NCBI GenBank assembly: GCA_020632715.1
Contig: JACKFA010000004.1
Coordinates: 758,190-822,189 of the forward strand
Reading direction: 5' to 3'
Length of the DNA: 64,000 nt
Source: Deltaproteobacteria bacterium
GTDB taxonomy: Bacteria > Myxococcota_A > UBA9042 > PHBI01
The notes under the pieces were generated by a model. That model ran no database searches, was not told where the DNA came from, and worked only from the letters and a program-made list of their open reading frames with translations. The position numbers were made by a program, and so were the translations under genes. Shown in pieces: positions 51,399-61,005 of the stretch (its first letter is position 1; each line of letters begins with the position of its first letter).

Positions 51399-51544
51399 GG
51401 GGCGCTCAGAGGGAGCGACGGCGGGCGCTCTCAGACGCTCCCGGGCCAGATCCGGCGGTCTACCGCTCCGGCCGGCCGTTTGGCGTAGCGAGCGCCGGGT
51501 CGAAGTGATACGGATCCCCCCTCGCGACCGACCGGGAGGCCACG

Positions 51545-52552
51545 ATGCGCCACTTCATCAGCACCGAGGATTGGACCCAGGCCGAGCTGCAGGCCCTGAT
51601 CGACGAGGCGCGCCTCCTCAAGGCGGCCCCGTTCCAGCCGCTGCTCCAGAACAAGTCCATCGCCCTCGTCTTCTTCAACCCCTCGCTCCGCACGCGCAGC
51701 TCCTTCGAGCTCGGCATGTGGCAGCTCGGCGGCCACGCCCTCGTCCTCGAGCCCGGCAAGTCCGCCTGGCCGCTCGAGTTCAAGGAGGGCGTCGTCATGG
51801 ACGGCGAGGCCGAGGAGCACGTCGCCGAGGCCGCCCGCGTGCTCGCCCGCTACTGCGACATCATCGCCGTGCGCGCCTTCCCGAAGTTCGTCGACTGGGG
51901 CTTCGACCGCACAGACCCCGTCATCAAGACCTTCGCGAAGTACTCGACGGTGCCGGTCATCAACATGGAGACCATCACCCACCCGTGCCAGGAGCTCGCC
52001 CACATGATGGCGCTCCAGGAGCGGATGGGCGACGTCCGGAAGAAGAAGTACGTCATGACCTGGACGTACCACCCGAAGGGCCTGAACACGGCCGTCGCCA
52101 ACTCCGGGCTCCTCATCAGCACGAAGTTCGGCATGGACGTGACGCTCCTCTGCCCCGAGGAGGCCTACCACCTCGACGAGCGCTACATGAGCGCCGCCAA
52201 GGCCAACGCCGAGGCGTCGGGCGGCAGCTTCCAGGTGAGCTACGACATCGACGAGGCCTACGCCGGCGCCGACGTCGTCTACGCGAAGAGCTGGGGCGCC
52301 TTGCCGTACTTCGGCAACTGGGACGCCGAGAAGCCGATGCGCGACAAGTACAAGCACTTCATCGTCGACGAGCGGAAGATGGCGCTCACGAACAACGCCA
52401 TCTTCAGCCACTGCCTCCCGTGCCGGCGCAACATCAAGGTCACCGACGCCGTCATCGACTCGCCGCAGTCGATGGTCATCGACGAGGCCGAGAACCGCCT
52501 GCACGCGCAGAAGGCGCTGATGCACCAGCTCGCGACGACCTACCGCGGATGA
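51545..52552 (+). CDS. argF: Ornithine carbamoyltransferase family protein, possibly N-acetylornithine carbamoyltransferase (ArgF').
   Basis: Carbamoyl-phosphate motif SLRTR and HCLP motif. ~335 aa. GGGAGG RBS. Stop overlaps the next start (ATGA). Confidence 0.8.
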   Translation: MRHFISTEDWTQAELQALIDEARLLKAAPFQPLLQNKSIALVFFNPSLRTRSSFELGMWQLGGHALVLEPGKSAWPLEFKEGVVMDGEAEEHVAEAARVLARYCDIIAVRAFPKFVDWGFDRTDPVIKTFAKYSTVPVINMETITHPCQELAHMMALQERMGDVRKKKYVMTWTYHPKGLNTAVANSGLLISTKFGMDVTLLCPEEAYHLDERYMSAAKANAEASGGSFQVSYDIDEAYAGADVVYAKSWGALPYFGNWDAEKPMRDKYKHFIVDERKMALTNNAIFSHCLPCRRNIKVTDAVIDSPQSMVIDEAENRLHAQKALMHQLATTYRG

Positions 52553-53877
52553 ACGAGACGCGGGCCATCATCTCCCAGCTCCTGCGCAACATCGGGAGCT
52601 CGAAGGAGGTCGACCAGTACCTGAAGCAGTTCAGCGAGGTCGAGTCCGCGAAGTTCGCCGTCATCAAGGTCCGCGGCGACATCATCCGCGACGACCTCGA
52701 GTCGCTCTGCTCGGCGCTGACGTTCCTCTACCGCGTCGCGCTCTACCCGATCGTGGTGCACGGATCGGGCGCTCAGCTCGACGCCGCCCTCGCCGCCGAG
52801 GGGGTCCCCCTCGAGACGCGCGACGGGCGCCGCGTCGTCGACGCCGCGACCCTCCGCGTGGCGCGCCGCGTCACGACCGCGCTGAACCACGACCTCGTCG
52901 ACGCCCTCGAGCGCATGGGGACGCGCGCGCGCGCCATCCCGGCCGGCGTCTTCCGCGCCGAGCGCATCGAGGCCCTCGGCTACCACGGGCACGTCACCGG
53001 GGTCGACGCGGACCCCATCCGCGCCGCCATCAAGTCGGGGCACCTGCCGATCCTCTCGTGCGTCGCCGAGAGCGACGAGGGGCAGCTCCTGCTCGTGCAC
53101 GCGCGCACGGCGACGCTCGAGCTCGCGCGCGCCGTCGGCCCCGCGAAGATCATCTTCCTCACCCCCGAGGGCGGCCTCACCGACGACAAGGGGCGCCTCC
53201 TCCGCTCGTTCAACCTCGCCGAGGACTACGAGTGGATGATGACGCAGCCCTTCTTCTCGGACAGCCAGCGGCGGAAGTTCGCCGCGATGAAGGCCCTCCT
53301 CGACGTGCTCCCGCACAGCTCGTCCATCGCGCTCACGGCGCCGGGCCTGCTCCCGCGCGAGCTCTTCACGCACCGCGGCTCCGGCACGCTCATCCGCCGC
53401 GGTGAGAAGGTGCTCTGCCACGAGGGCGGCCTCGGCGACGTCGACGTGCCGCGCCTGAAGGAGCTGCTCGAGCGCGGCTTCGGGCGGCAGCTCGTGCCCG
53501 ACTACTTCGACAAGAAGGGCTTCTACCGGGTCTACGTGACCGAGAGCTACCGCGCGGCAGCCATCCTCACGATGGAGGGCGACCTCCCCTACCTCGACAA
53601 GTTCGTGGTCGACGAGGAGGCGCAGGGGGAGGGGCTCGCGGGGTCGCTCTGGGAGCGGCTCGTCGAGGACAACCCGCGCCTCTTCTGGCGGTCGCGCGTG
53701 GACAACACGAAGATCAACCCGTGGTACTTCTCGCGCGCCGAGGGGAGCCTGCGCGACGGGCGCTGGGTCGTCTTCTGGTATGGGCTCGAGGGGTTCGCGG
53801 CGGTGCAGGACGCCATCGCGAAGGCGCTGGCGATGCCGGCGTCCCTCGAGGCGGCGCCGGCGCCGGAGGCGAGCTGA
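52549..53877 (+). CDS. argB: Acetylglutamate kinase with a C-terminal GNAT domain (long / bifunctional NAGS-K type ArgB).
   Basis: Amino-acid-kinase fold in the N-terminal ~290 aa plus a C-terminal acetyltransferase-like domain. Sense reading lies in the frame of track ORF 48118..53877. Confidence 0.8.
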   Translation: MNETRAIISQLLRNIGSSKEVDQYLKQFSEVESAKFAVIKVRGDIIRDDLESLCSALTFLYRVALYPIVVHGSGAQLDAALAAEGVPLETRDGRRVVDAATLRVARRVTTALNHDLVDALERMGTRARAIPAGVFRAERIEALGYHGHVTGVDADPIRAAIKSGHLPILSCVAESDEGQLLLVHARTATLELARAVGPAKIIFLTPEGGLTDDKGRLLRSFNLAEDYEWMMTQPFFSDSQRRKFAAMKALLDVLPHSSSIALTAPGLLPRELFTHRGSGTLIRRGEKVLCHEGGLGDVDVPRLKELLERGFGRQLVPDYFDKKGFYRVYVTESYRAAAILTMEGDLPYLDKFVVDEEAQGEGLAGSLWERLVEDNPRLFWRSRVDNTKINPWYFSRAEGSLRDGRWVVFWYGLEGFAAVQDAIAKALAMPASLEAAPAPEAS

Positions 53878-54851
53878 TGGGCACGGAGATCGTCGACGTC
53901 GCGGTCATCGGGGCGCGCGGGCACACGGGCGCCGAGCTGCTCAGGCTCCTCGACGGGCACCCGAACTTCCGCATCGCGGCGGTGTCGTCGCGGGCGCTGG
54001 TCGGGAAGGCCGTGCGCGACGAGGTCGCGGGCGGGCTCCGGACGGACGCGGTGTTCGCGGACCTCGAGCCGGCCGACGTCGCCGCCCACGCGGGCGTCGG
54101 GGTGTGGGTGCTGGCGCTCCCGAACGGGCTCGCGGCGCCGTGGGTCGCGGCGATCGACGAGCACGCGCCGGACTCGGTGATCGTGGACCTGTCGGCCGAC
54201 TATCGCTTCGACTCGGCGTGGACCTACGGGCTCACGGAGATGAACCGGAAGTGGCTCCTCGGGGCGCGCCGCGTGGCGAACCCCGGGTGCTACGCGACGG
54301 GGGCGCAGCTCGCGCTGCTGCCGGTGATCGAGCTGCTCGACGGGGCGCCGCACGTGTTCGGCGTGTCGGGCTACAGCGGGGCCGGGACGACGCCGTCGCC
54401 GCGGAACGACCCGGAGCAGCTCCGCGACAACCTCATGCCGTACAGCCTCGTCGGGCACACGCACGAGCAGGAGATCCGCTGGCACCTCGGCCACCGCGTG
54501 TTCTTCATGCCGCACGTGGCGCCGTTCTTCCGCGGGATCACGCTCACGATCTCGATGCCGCTCGGCGAGCCCATCGCGCGCGGCGAGCTCCTCGAGCGGT
54601 ATCGCCAGCGATACCAGGCCGAGCCGCTCGTCGACGTCATCGACGAGGCGCCGCTCGTGCGCGACGCGGCGAACCGGCACGGCGTCACGCTCGGCGGGCT
54701 CACGATCGACCCGGCCGAGCGCCACGCGGTGGTCGTCTCGACGCTCGACAACCTGCTCAAGGGCGCCGCGACGCAGGCGATGCAGAACATGAACCTCGCG
54801 TGCGGCTTCGACGAGCTCGCCGGGATCCGCCAGCACCTCGTCGCGCGCTGA
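53877..54851 (+). CDS. argC: N-acetyl-gamma-glutamyl-phosphate reductase (ArgC), short type.
   Basis: N-terminus MGTEIVDVAVIGARGHTGAELLRLL (NAD-binding). C-terminal dimerisation/catalytic region. Start from the internal Met of track ORF 53721..54851, overlapping the argB stop (TGATG). Confidence 0.85.
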   Translation: MGTEIVDVAVIGARGHTGAELLRLLDGHPNFRIAAVSSRALVGKAVRDEVAGGLRTDAVFADLEPADVAAHAGVGVWVLALPNGLAAPWVAAIDEHAPDSVIVDLSADYRFDSAWTYGLTEMNRKWLLGARRVANPGCYATGAQLALLPVIELLDGAPHVFGVSGYSGAGTTPSPRNDPEQLRDNLMPYSLVGHTHEQEIRWHLGHRVFFMPHVAPFFRGITLTISMPLGEPIARGELLERYRQRYQAEPLVDVIDEAPLVRDAANRHGVTLGGLTIDPAERHAVVVSTLDNLLKGAATQAMQNMNLACGFDELAGIRQHLVAR

Positions 54852-55153
54852 GCCGCTCGGAGCGCGAGCAGCGCTAAGGGTCCGACTACCTGATCGGTGC
54901 TCTGGCCGCTTTCGGGGTGGCCGCCGATCTGTCGTCACCGCCGACGCCTGGATCCACCTACGACCGTTCGGTCGGAATTCCGGCGCGGGTTCGCGGCGGC
55001 GCAACCCCGCCTGCGGCGACGCCGAGCGCGCGATGGCGCGACCGTTCAGTCTGGTGACCCGCAGAGAAAGCGCTTCTGCGCCGATCCGCGGCGCGCGCAT
55101 GCTCGCGTCGGGCCGCGCCGCGGCCACGCTCGACCTCGTGCACCGGGCTCTGC

Positions 55154-58100
55154 ATGCGCATCACCTCCTCGCTCGCCTCCCTCACCGGCCTGGCTCTCGC
55201 GCTCCTCGGCGCGGGCTGCGCCGGCGACGCCCCGACCCCCGGCACGCCGCTCGGCGGCGCGCCGCTGACGATCAACGTGGCGCCCTTGACCCTCGAGGGC
55301 GTCGCGGCGGCCGACTACCGGCTCACCGTCAAGAACGGCGCGCAAGAGGTCGTCTGGACGAAGGACGTCGCGTCGACCCAGTACGGCGACGGGCAGGGGA
55401 GCCTCGCGTACGTCGGCACGTGCGACGCGTCGTCGCCCGCGAACACCGTGGAGCTCACGATCCTCGCGCTCCGCGACGCCGAGGGCGCGGCGATCACGGC
55501 GTGGTCGAACCCGACGGCCGACGCGCCGCTCGTGAAGCCCCAGACCTGCGAGCCGAACGCCGACAACGCCGTCACCTTCGACGTGACCGTCGCGCGCAGC
55601 GCCGTGCAGGGCTTCTTCGACGTGGCCGTCACCTTCTCGGACCTCTTCTGCTCGGCCAAGATCGACTGCCGCGACGCCTTCCTCGACGGCCCCGCCGGCC
55701 GCGGCCCGACCGCCATCCTCGCGCTCGCGTGCACGGGCGACCCGGACGGCGGCACGCCGACCACGCTCTACCTGAACGACATCGTCGTGACCTGCACGGG
55801 GGAGGGCTACGGCGCGGTCGTCGACCCGTCCGGCGGCCCCGGCAACGTCACGCCCGCGTCGAACCCGGGGCCGACGCTCTATGGCGCGGCCGTCTACCGC
55901 GGCGACGAGCAGCTCGCCGGCAAGGCCTACTGGAACGTGGCGCTCGGGCTCTCGGCGCCGGCGCTCGCGAACGCCGGCACCTGCACGCTCACGACGCGCG
56001 CGACCGCCGCGAAGGGCGCGCTCGCGAACGGCGAGATCGCCGCGGGTACGGTCTACCCGTACATCGACGTCAGCGCGCCGATCCTCGCGTCGGGCGCCCT
56101 CTGCGGGAACACGGGGCTCGACACGAGCGCCGCGATCAGCACCCGCTACACCACGCCCGCGGGCGCCGCGCTCCCCTTCGCGCACGCGTACGAGCAAGGC
56201 GCCGCCGGCGTCATCGGCGGCGAGGGCGGCGGCGGCAGCGGCAGCGGCAACGCGCCGACGGACGCGCTCCTCGCGAGCGACACGCCGCTCGCGCGGGCGG
56301 CGCTGGTCGCCGGCACGCTCGCGACGCCGGGCGCGGCGCCCGCGCTCGAGGCCGCGGGGGCGGTGACGTACGGCGCGTCGACCCCGCTCACGCCGGCGGC
56401 CGGCGGGATCACGGCCACAGCCGGGAGCGCGCCCGCGGTCGACGCGGCGGCGGTCGTCGACACGACGGCGCCCTTCACGGCGACCCTCTCGGTGTCGGCG
56501 ACGTTCGCGTCGGGCACCCCGCGGTGCGCGTTCGAGGCGCCGTACGACGGCGTCGCCTGTGTGCTCGACGGGAGCGGGCAGGGCACGGCGACCCTCGCGA
56601 GCACGGCGCTCGTCCCCGGCGAGACGCTCGTGGCCGACGTCTTCGCGCAGGAGACCCCCGCGGACGTCGCGCAGACCAACGCCCTCGCGACGAGCGTGCT
56701 CGCCTACCGGCAGGTGGCGAGCTTCAACGACGTGCCGAGCGACGAGGTGTACGCGTCGCTGGTCGCGCCGGACGGCAAGGTCTACTTCAACGCGCGCGCG
56801 TCGACGACGGAGACCCGCGAGCTCTTCGTCTACGACCCGAGCGCGCCCGGGAGCGGCGTGACGCGGGTCGCCGACGTGCTGCCCGGCGCGAACGACGGCG
56901 CGACCCCGCTCGCGGTCACGCCGGGCTACGTCTACTTCGTCGCGAGCGCGACGGCGGGGGGCACGAACCACCTGTACATCCACGACATCGCCGCCGGGAC
57001 GACGCGGGAGCTGCTCGACATCGACGACGTCGCCGCGAACGCGGTCGTGCTGCCGTGGGGCGACGAGGTGATCTTCGTGCGCGACGGCTCCGACTTCGTG
57101 TTCCACTACGATCCCGTGGGCGACACGCTGACCCCGGTGTCGCTCACCTACGTCAACGCGATCTACGGCAGCGATCAGCGCGGCATCGCGCTCGTGAACG
57201 GCGTCGCGTACTTCATCGCGTCCGGCACGGACGGGTCGTGGTCCGGGAACTACCTGTGGGCGTACGACCTCGCCTCGGGCGTGCTGACTCAGAAGCTCGA
57301 CGCCCACGCGCCGATGAACCTCGTGGTCCGCGGCGGCACGCTCTACACGTCGTACTCGACCACGCCGACGTCGCCGGACGTCTACTCGACGCGCTTCTTC
57401 TTCAGGAACGCGGGCTCCGGGTGGGTGCGCCTCTCGGACGGGTTCGTCGCGATCCAGTGCTCCGGCAACGACGCCGGCTTCGTCGAGGACGGCACGAACC
57501 TCTACGTCGCCGGCGCCCTGCCCGGGACCGCGAGCTCGTCGACCCCGTGCGGGACCCCGGCGATCGCGCGCATCGACACGACGCAGACGACCGGCAACGT
57601 CACGCTCCTCGGCGGCGCGACGGGCGTCGGCATCAACAGCCTCAAGGGGTCGCTGGTCGCCGGCGGCTGGCTCTATTACGTCAACTCCTCCTACCCGCAG
57701 GAGCTGCGCGCGGTCGACACGACCACGCTCCAGGCGGCGTCGCTCGGCGCGTCCCCGGCGAGCCAGACGGGGCCATTCGCCGTCGGTGGGCGCGTGTTCG
57801 ACGTCGCCGACTCGTCGCGCCCGCGGCTCCGCGAGCTCACCCCGTCCGGCGGGACGGTCGCGCTGAGCGACGTCGCGACGACGGTCGGCGCCGCCCCGAA
57901 CGCGGGCGCGGTCGCGTACTTCGCGGCGCTCGGGAACCTGCGCGAGTACGACTACGCGACGCTCCCGGCGACGAGCTCGGTCGCGGCGTCCGTGCAGGCG
58001 ACCGGCAGCGACGATCCGCTGTTCCTCACGGCCTTCGCGGGGGACCTCCACCTCGGCGCGCGCTACGACGGCGACGTCGTCCACACGGCGACCTACCGCG

Positions 58101-59065
58101 TCGCCTCGGCCGACGGCGTGGTCACGCCGCTCCCGACGAGCAGCGGCTACGCGCTCGGCGTCGGGCAGGAGGGGGTCTACTACCGCACGGCGAGCGGGCC
58201 CGCGCGCTGGGACGGCGTGACGATGACGCCGCTCGGCCTCGGCGCGTACGACCTCGTGAGCGTCGCGACCGACGGCGTGACCACGTGGGCGCTGACCGCG
58301 GACGCAGGCCAATACTACCTCAGCGCCTTCGACGAGCTCACGGGGGCGCTCACGCCGATCGTCGCGTTCGCCGCCACCGAGCAGCCGTCGTCGCTCCTCG
58401 TCGCGGGCGGGAAGGTGTTCGTCGTCGTCAACGACAACGACCTCTTCACCGCGAGCCTCTGGGTCTACACCCCGGCGGCGCCGACGCCGACGTTCACGCA
58501 GGTCACGACGTCGGGCGGGGCGATCTCCTGGGACCAGGTGCAGTCGCCGAGGGTCGGCCCGGACGGGGCCATCTACTTCGCGGACTACGACGACCACGGC
58601 GGCGCCTCGATCTTCGCGACGGACGGCGCCACGGTGAGGGAGGTCGTCCCGTCGACCGACTTCGAGTACCTCGGCCTCCAGTCGGTGGTGGGCGCCGGCG
58701 CGTTCACCTACGTCGGCGTCTCGAACGGCATCTACCGCTGGGATGGCGCGAGCGCGACGCTCATCGCGCCGGGCGCGAGCAGCGCGGCGCTCGAGAGCTA
58801 CGGTGGGCACCTGTATGCGCTCGTGTCCCAGATCCAGGCCTCGGCGGACCCCGGCGCGTGGACGCGGCGCGGCCTCTACCGCCTCGGCGACCAGGGCTGG
58901 GAGCTGCTCGTGGAGGCGCCGGCGTACGGCGGCGTCGCGGCGATGGCCGTCGCGGGCGACCTCCTCTACCTGCGCCTCCCCGACGCGGCCGGGAACGCGA
59001 AGCTCTACGCCCTCTGCGACGCGGCGACCGGCTGCGACCCGACGACGGTGCTCTCGGCGCCGTGA
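55154..59065 (+). CDS. Large lipoprotein paralogous in its N-terminal ~340 aa domain to the 35823 gene; C-terminal beta-propeller-like repeats.
   Basis: MRITSSLASLTGLALALLGAGC lipobox. Shared N-domain motifs YVGTCDAS, QGFFDVAV, FCSAKIDC, YWNVALGL. Confidence 0.8.
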   Translation: MRITSSLASLTGLALALLGAGCAGDAPTPGTPLGGAPLTINVAPLTLEGVAAADYRLTVKNGAQEVVWTKDVASTQYGDGQGSLAYVGTCDASSPANTVELTILALRDAEGAAITAWSNPTADAPLVKPQTCEPNADNAVTFDVTVARSAVQGFFDVAVTFSDLFCSAKIDCRDAFLDGPAGRGPTAILALACTGDPDGGTPTTLYLNDIVVTCTGEGYGAVVDPSGGPGNVTPASNPGPTLYGAAVYRGDEQLAGKAYWNVALGLSAPALANAGTCTLTTRATAAKGALANGEIAAGTVYPYIDVSAPILASGALCGNTGLDTSAAISTRYTTPAGAALPFAHAYEQGAAGVIGGEGGGGSGSGNAPTDALLASDTPLARAALVAGTLATPGAAPALEAAGAVTYGASTPLTPAAGGITATAGSAPAVDAAAVVDTTAPFTATLSVSATFASGTPRCAFEAPYDGVACVLDGSGQGTATLASTALVPGETLVADVFAQETPADVAQTNALATSVLAYRQVASFNDVPSDEVYASLVAPDGKVYFNARASTTETRELFVYDPSAPGSGVTRVADVLPGANDGATPLAVTPGYVYFVASATAGGTNHLYIHDIAAGTTRELLDIDDVAANAVVLPWGDEVIFVRDGSDFVFHYDPVGDTLTPVSLTYVNAIYGSDQRGIALVNGVAYFIASGTDGSWSGNYLWAYDLASGVLTQKLDAHAPMNLVVRGGTLYTSYSTTPTSPDVYSTRFFFRNAGSGWVRLSDGFVAIQCSGNDAGFVEDGTNLYVAGALPGTASSSTPCGTPAIARIDTTQTTGNVTLLGGATGVGINSLKGSLVAGGWLYYVNSSYPQELRAVDTTTLQAASLGASPASQTGPFAVGGRVFDVADSSRPRLRELTPSGGTVALSDVATTVGAAPNAGAVAYFAALGNLREYDYATLPATSSVAASVQATGSDDPLFLTAFAGDLHLGARYDGDVVHTATYRVASADGVVTPLPTSSGYALGVGQEGVYYRTASGPARWDGVTMTPLGLGAYDLVSVATDGVTTWALTADAGQYYLSAFDELTGALTPIVAFAATEQPSSLLVAGGKVFVVVNDNDLFTASLWVYTPAAPTPTFTQVTTSGGAISWDQVQSPRVGPDGAIYFADYDDHGGASIFATDGATVREVVPSTDFEYLGLQSVVGAGAFTYVGVSNGIYRWDGASATLIAPGASSAALESYGGHLYALVSQIQASADPGAWTRRGLYRLGDQGWELLVEAPAYGGVAAMAVAGDLLYLRLPDAAGNAKLYALCDAATGCDPTTVLSAP

Positions 59066-59075
59066 TCGGGTCGGA

Positions 59076-59090
59076 GTGAACGGCGTTCAC
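59076..59090. promoter_or_regulatory. Perfect palindrome GTGAACGGCGTTCAC, between the convergent 3' ends of the 55154 lipoprotein gene and the kinase gene.
   Basis: Read directly from the sequence. It is intergenic and recurs at 60436. Confidence 0.4.
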
Positions 59091-59129
59091 GACGGGGTGC
59101 GCGGTCGGCCGCGCCCCCGCCGCCATCGC

Positions 59130-60362
59130 TCAGAAGAGCCCGTCGAGGATGATGTAGAGGCCGATGGCGGCGGCGAGCCCCGCGAGCACCCAGCGCGCCA
59201 CGCGCGCCGGCGGCGGGCCCGTCGCCCCCTCGGCCTTCGCGGGATCCGACGCCGTCTGGAGGCGCGTCTCCGTGATCCGCCGGTGCACCGCGTCCGCCGA
59301 CACCCCCGGCAGCGACGCCGGGTCGCCCCCCGGCTCCACCGCCTGCATCCCGACCCGCGACAGCCGCCGGTTCGCCACCGGCCGCGGCGGCCGCGGCGCC
59401 GGCGCCGCCGTGTCCGTCGGGAGCGCCTCGAGCGCGCGCCTGAGCGCGTCCACGTCCTGGAAGCGCTCCGCCGGGCGCTTCTTCAGGCAGCGCTGGAGGA
59501 TCGCGTCGAACGCGCTCACGAGCGGCCGCTCGCCGAGCGTCTCCGCGAGCCGCGGCGGCGTCGCCGACATGTGCTGCGCCATGAGCCCGAGCGCCGTCGG
59601 CGACATGAACACCGGGCGCCCGGTCGCGAGGTGGAACATGGTCGCGCCGAGGCCATAGATGTCCGACGCCACGGAGACGCCGCGCCCGTCGATCTGCTCG
59701 GGGCTCATGGTCAAGAGGCTCCCGACCGCGGCGCCCTCGCGCGTGAGCTGGGCCGCGCCCGCGTCGACCGGCTTCACGATGCCGAAGTCGAGCACCGTCA
59801 GCCACTCGTCGCCGTCCGCGCGCGTCGTGAGCGCGAGGTTCTGCGGCTTGATGTCGCGGTGCACGAGGCCGAGCGCGTGCGCCTCCGCGAGCGAGTCGCA
59901 CGCGTGCACCGCGAGCTTCCTGACGCGCGGCAGGTCGAGCTTCCCGTCGGTCCCGAGCACGTCCGCGAGCGTCCGTCCGCCGAGGAACTCCATCACCATG
60001 TAGAGCGTGCCGTCGGGCAGCTCCCCCGAGTCGTGCACGGTCACCGTGTGCGGGCTCTTCAGCTGCGCCGTGACCTCCGCCTCGCGCACGAAGCGCTCCC
60101 GCAGGAGCTTCGCCCCGTCGCCGCGGATCCGCATCGTCTTGATGGCGACCTCGCGGTTCACCCGCCGCTGCCACGCCTTGTAGACCGTGCCCATGCCGCC
60201 CTCGCCGACGACGTCGAGCACGATGTAGCGCTCGTCGACGAGGACCCCGATGAGCGGGTCCTTCTCGGCGTCCCCGAGGCGCAGGAGCGCGCGATCCCCG
60301 TGGTCCGGACAGCGCGTCGCGTCCGCGGGGAACCGCCGCCCGCACTGAGGGCAGATCCACAT
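59130..60362 (-). CDS. Ser/Thr protein kinase with N-terminal zinc ribbon and a C-terminal TM anchor.
   Basis: CPQCGRRFPADATRCPDHG zinc ribbon. Kinase motifs GEGGMGTVYKA, HRDIKPQN, DFG, SPE. Confidence 0.85.
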   Translation of the reverse strand: MWICPQCGRRFPADATRCPDHGDRALLRLGDAEKDPLIGVLVDERYIVLDVVGEGGMGTVYKAWQRRVNREVAIKTMRIRGDGAKLLRERFVREAEVTAQLKSPHTVTVHDSGELPDGTLYMVMEFLGGRTLADVLGTDGKLDLPRVRKLAVHACDSLAEAHALGLVHRDIKPQNLALTTRADGDEWLTVLDFGIVKPVDAGAAQLTREGAAVGSLLTMSPEQIDGRGVSVASDIYGLGATMFHLATGRPVFMSPTALGLMAQHMSATPPRLAETLGERPLVSAFDAILQRCLKKRPAERFQDVDALRRALEALPTDTAAPAPRPPRPVANRRLSRVGMQAVEPGGDPASLPGVSADAVHRRITETRLQTASDPAKAEGATGPPPARVARWVLAGLAAAIGLYIILDGLF

Positions 60363-60435
60363 GGCGCCTACCTTAGCGCGACGCGTGCAGCCCAGAAACA
60401 GCGAAGCGCCCGCGGTCTCCCGGGGGCGCTTCGGC

Positions 60436-60450
60436 GTGAACGACGTTCAC
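60436..60450. promoter_or_regulatory. Perfect palindrome GTGAACGACGTTCAC, upstream of the kinase gene and downstream of the small secreted protein gene.
   Basis: Read directly from the sequence. Second copy of the 7-N-7 palindrome. Confidence 0.4.
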
Positions 60451-60452
60451 TC

Positions 60453-60470
60453 GGCCTCGCAGGCGAGGCC
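60453..60470 (-). terminator. GC-rich hairpin GGCCTCGC-ag-GCGAGGCC immediately after the stop of the 60478 gene on the minus strand.
   Basis: 8-bp inverted repeat, visible in the sequence. No U-tract. Confidence 0.3.
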
Positions 60471-60477
60471 GGAGGGC

Positions 60478-60921
60478 TCAGATCTTCGTGAACTTCCAGG
60501 TCTTGCCGTCCTTCTTCAGGTAGAAGGGGCGCGGCATGCCCTTCGGGTCGCACTCGATGAAGATCTTCAGCGAGTCGTCCTTGTCGACGTCGCCGTCGAC
60601 CTTCGTCACGAGGAGCTTCCCGCCGTCCTTCAGGCACTTCGGCGCGAGCCGCTGGAGCGCCGGCAGGTTGTACTTCTCGACGCTGCGCCAGGCGTTGTCG
60701 TTGTAGCAGAGGTCGCCCGTGTGGCAGTACGCCTTCTTCCAGGCGTCGAACTTGCCGTCCTTGATGAGCTTCAGCCCCTCGGCGATCGAGTAGTAGACCG
60801 TGCCCTCCTTGGGTGTGACGGTCTCGCCGTCCGCGGCCATCGCCGTCGCGGCGAAGCCGAGGACGCCGAAGGCGAGGAGGGCTGCGAGGAACGGGCGGAA
60901 GCGGCGGGTGAGGTGACGCAT
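60478..60921 (-). CDS. Small secreted Lys-rich, Cys-containing protein, ~147 aa.
   Basis: Signal peptide MRHLTRRFRPFLAALLAFGVLGFAATAMA from an internal Met of track ORF 60478..60996. Four Cys. Lysines use the GC-rich AAG codon, so it looks native. Confidence 0.6.
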   Translation of the reverse strand: MRHLTRRFRPFLAALLAFGVLGFAATAMAADGETVTPKEGTVYYSIAEGLKLIKDGKFDAWKKAYCHTGDLCYNDNAWRSVEKYNLPALQRLAPKCLKDGGKLLVTKVDGDVDKDDSLKIFIECDPKGMPRPFYLKKDGKTWKFTKI

Positions 60922-61005
60922 GCGTGCTCTCCGGTGCGGCGGCAGGTCGTGGGTTCTCGGGACGGGCGAATGAAAGCACGAATCGAACCCGCCCACAAAC
61001 CCGGG

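Noticed and set aside
48118-53877. Single 1919 aa ORF in the track, spanning the 3' repeat region and argB.
   Set aside because: Chimeric. Only its first ~300 aa, a middle ~290 aa segment and the final ~440 aa (argB) make sense. Long R-rich stretches between them show the frame is not translated continuously. I split it into repeat-region pieces and argB (52549..53877).
54852-55153. 300-nt intergenic region after argC containing short inverted repeats (gacc-gttc-ggtc) and an EcoRI-like site; considered as a terminator or sRNA.
   Set aside because: Stems are only 4-6 bp and there is no U-tract. Nothing rises above chance here.
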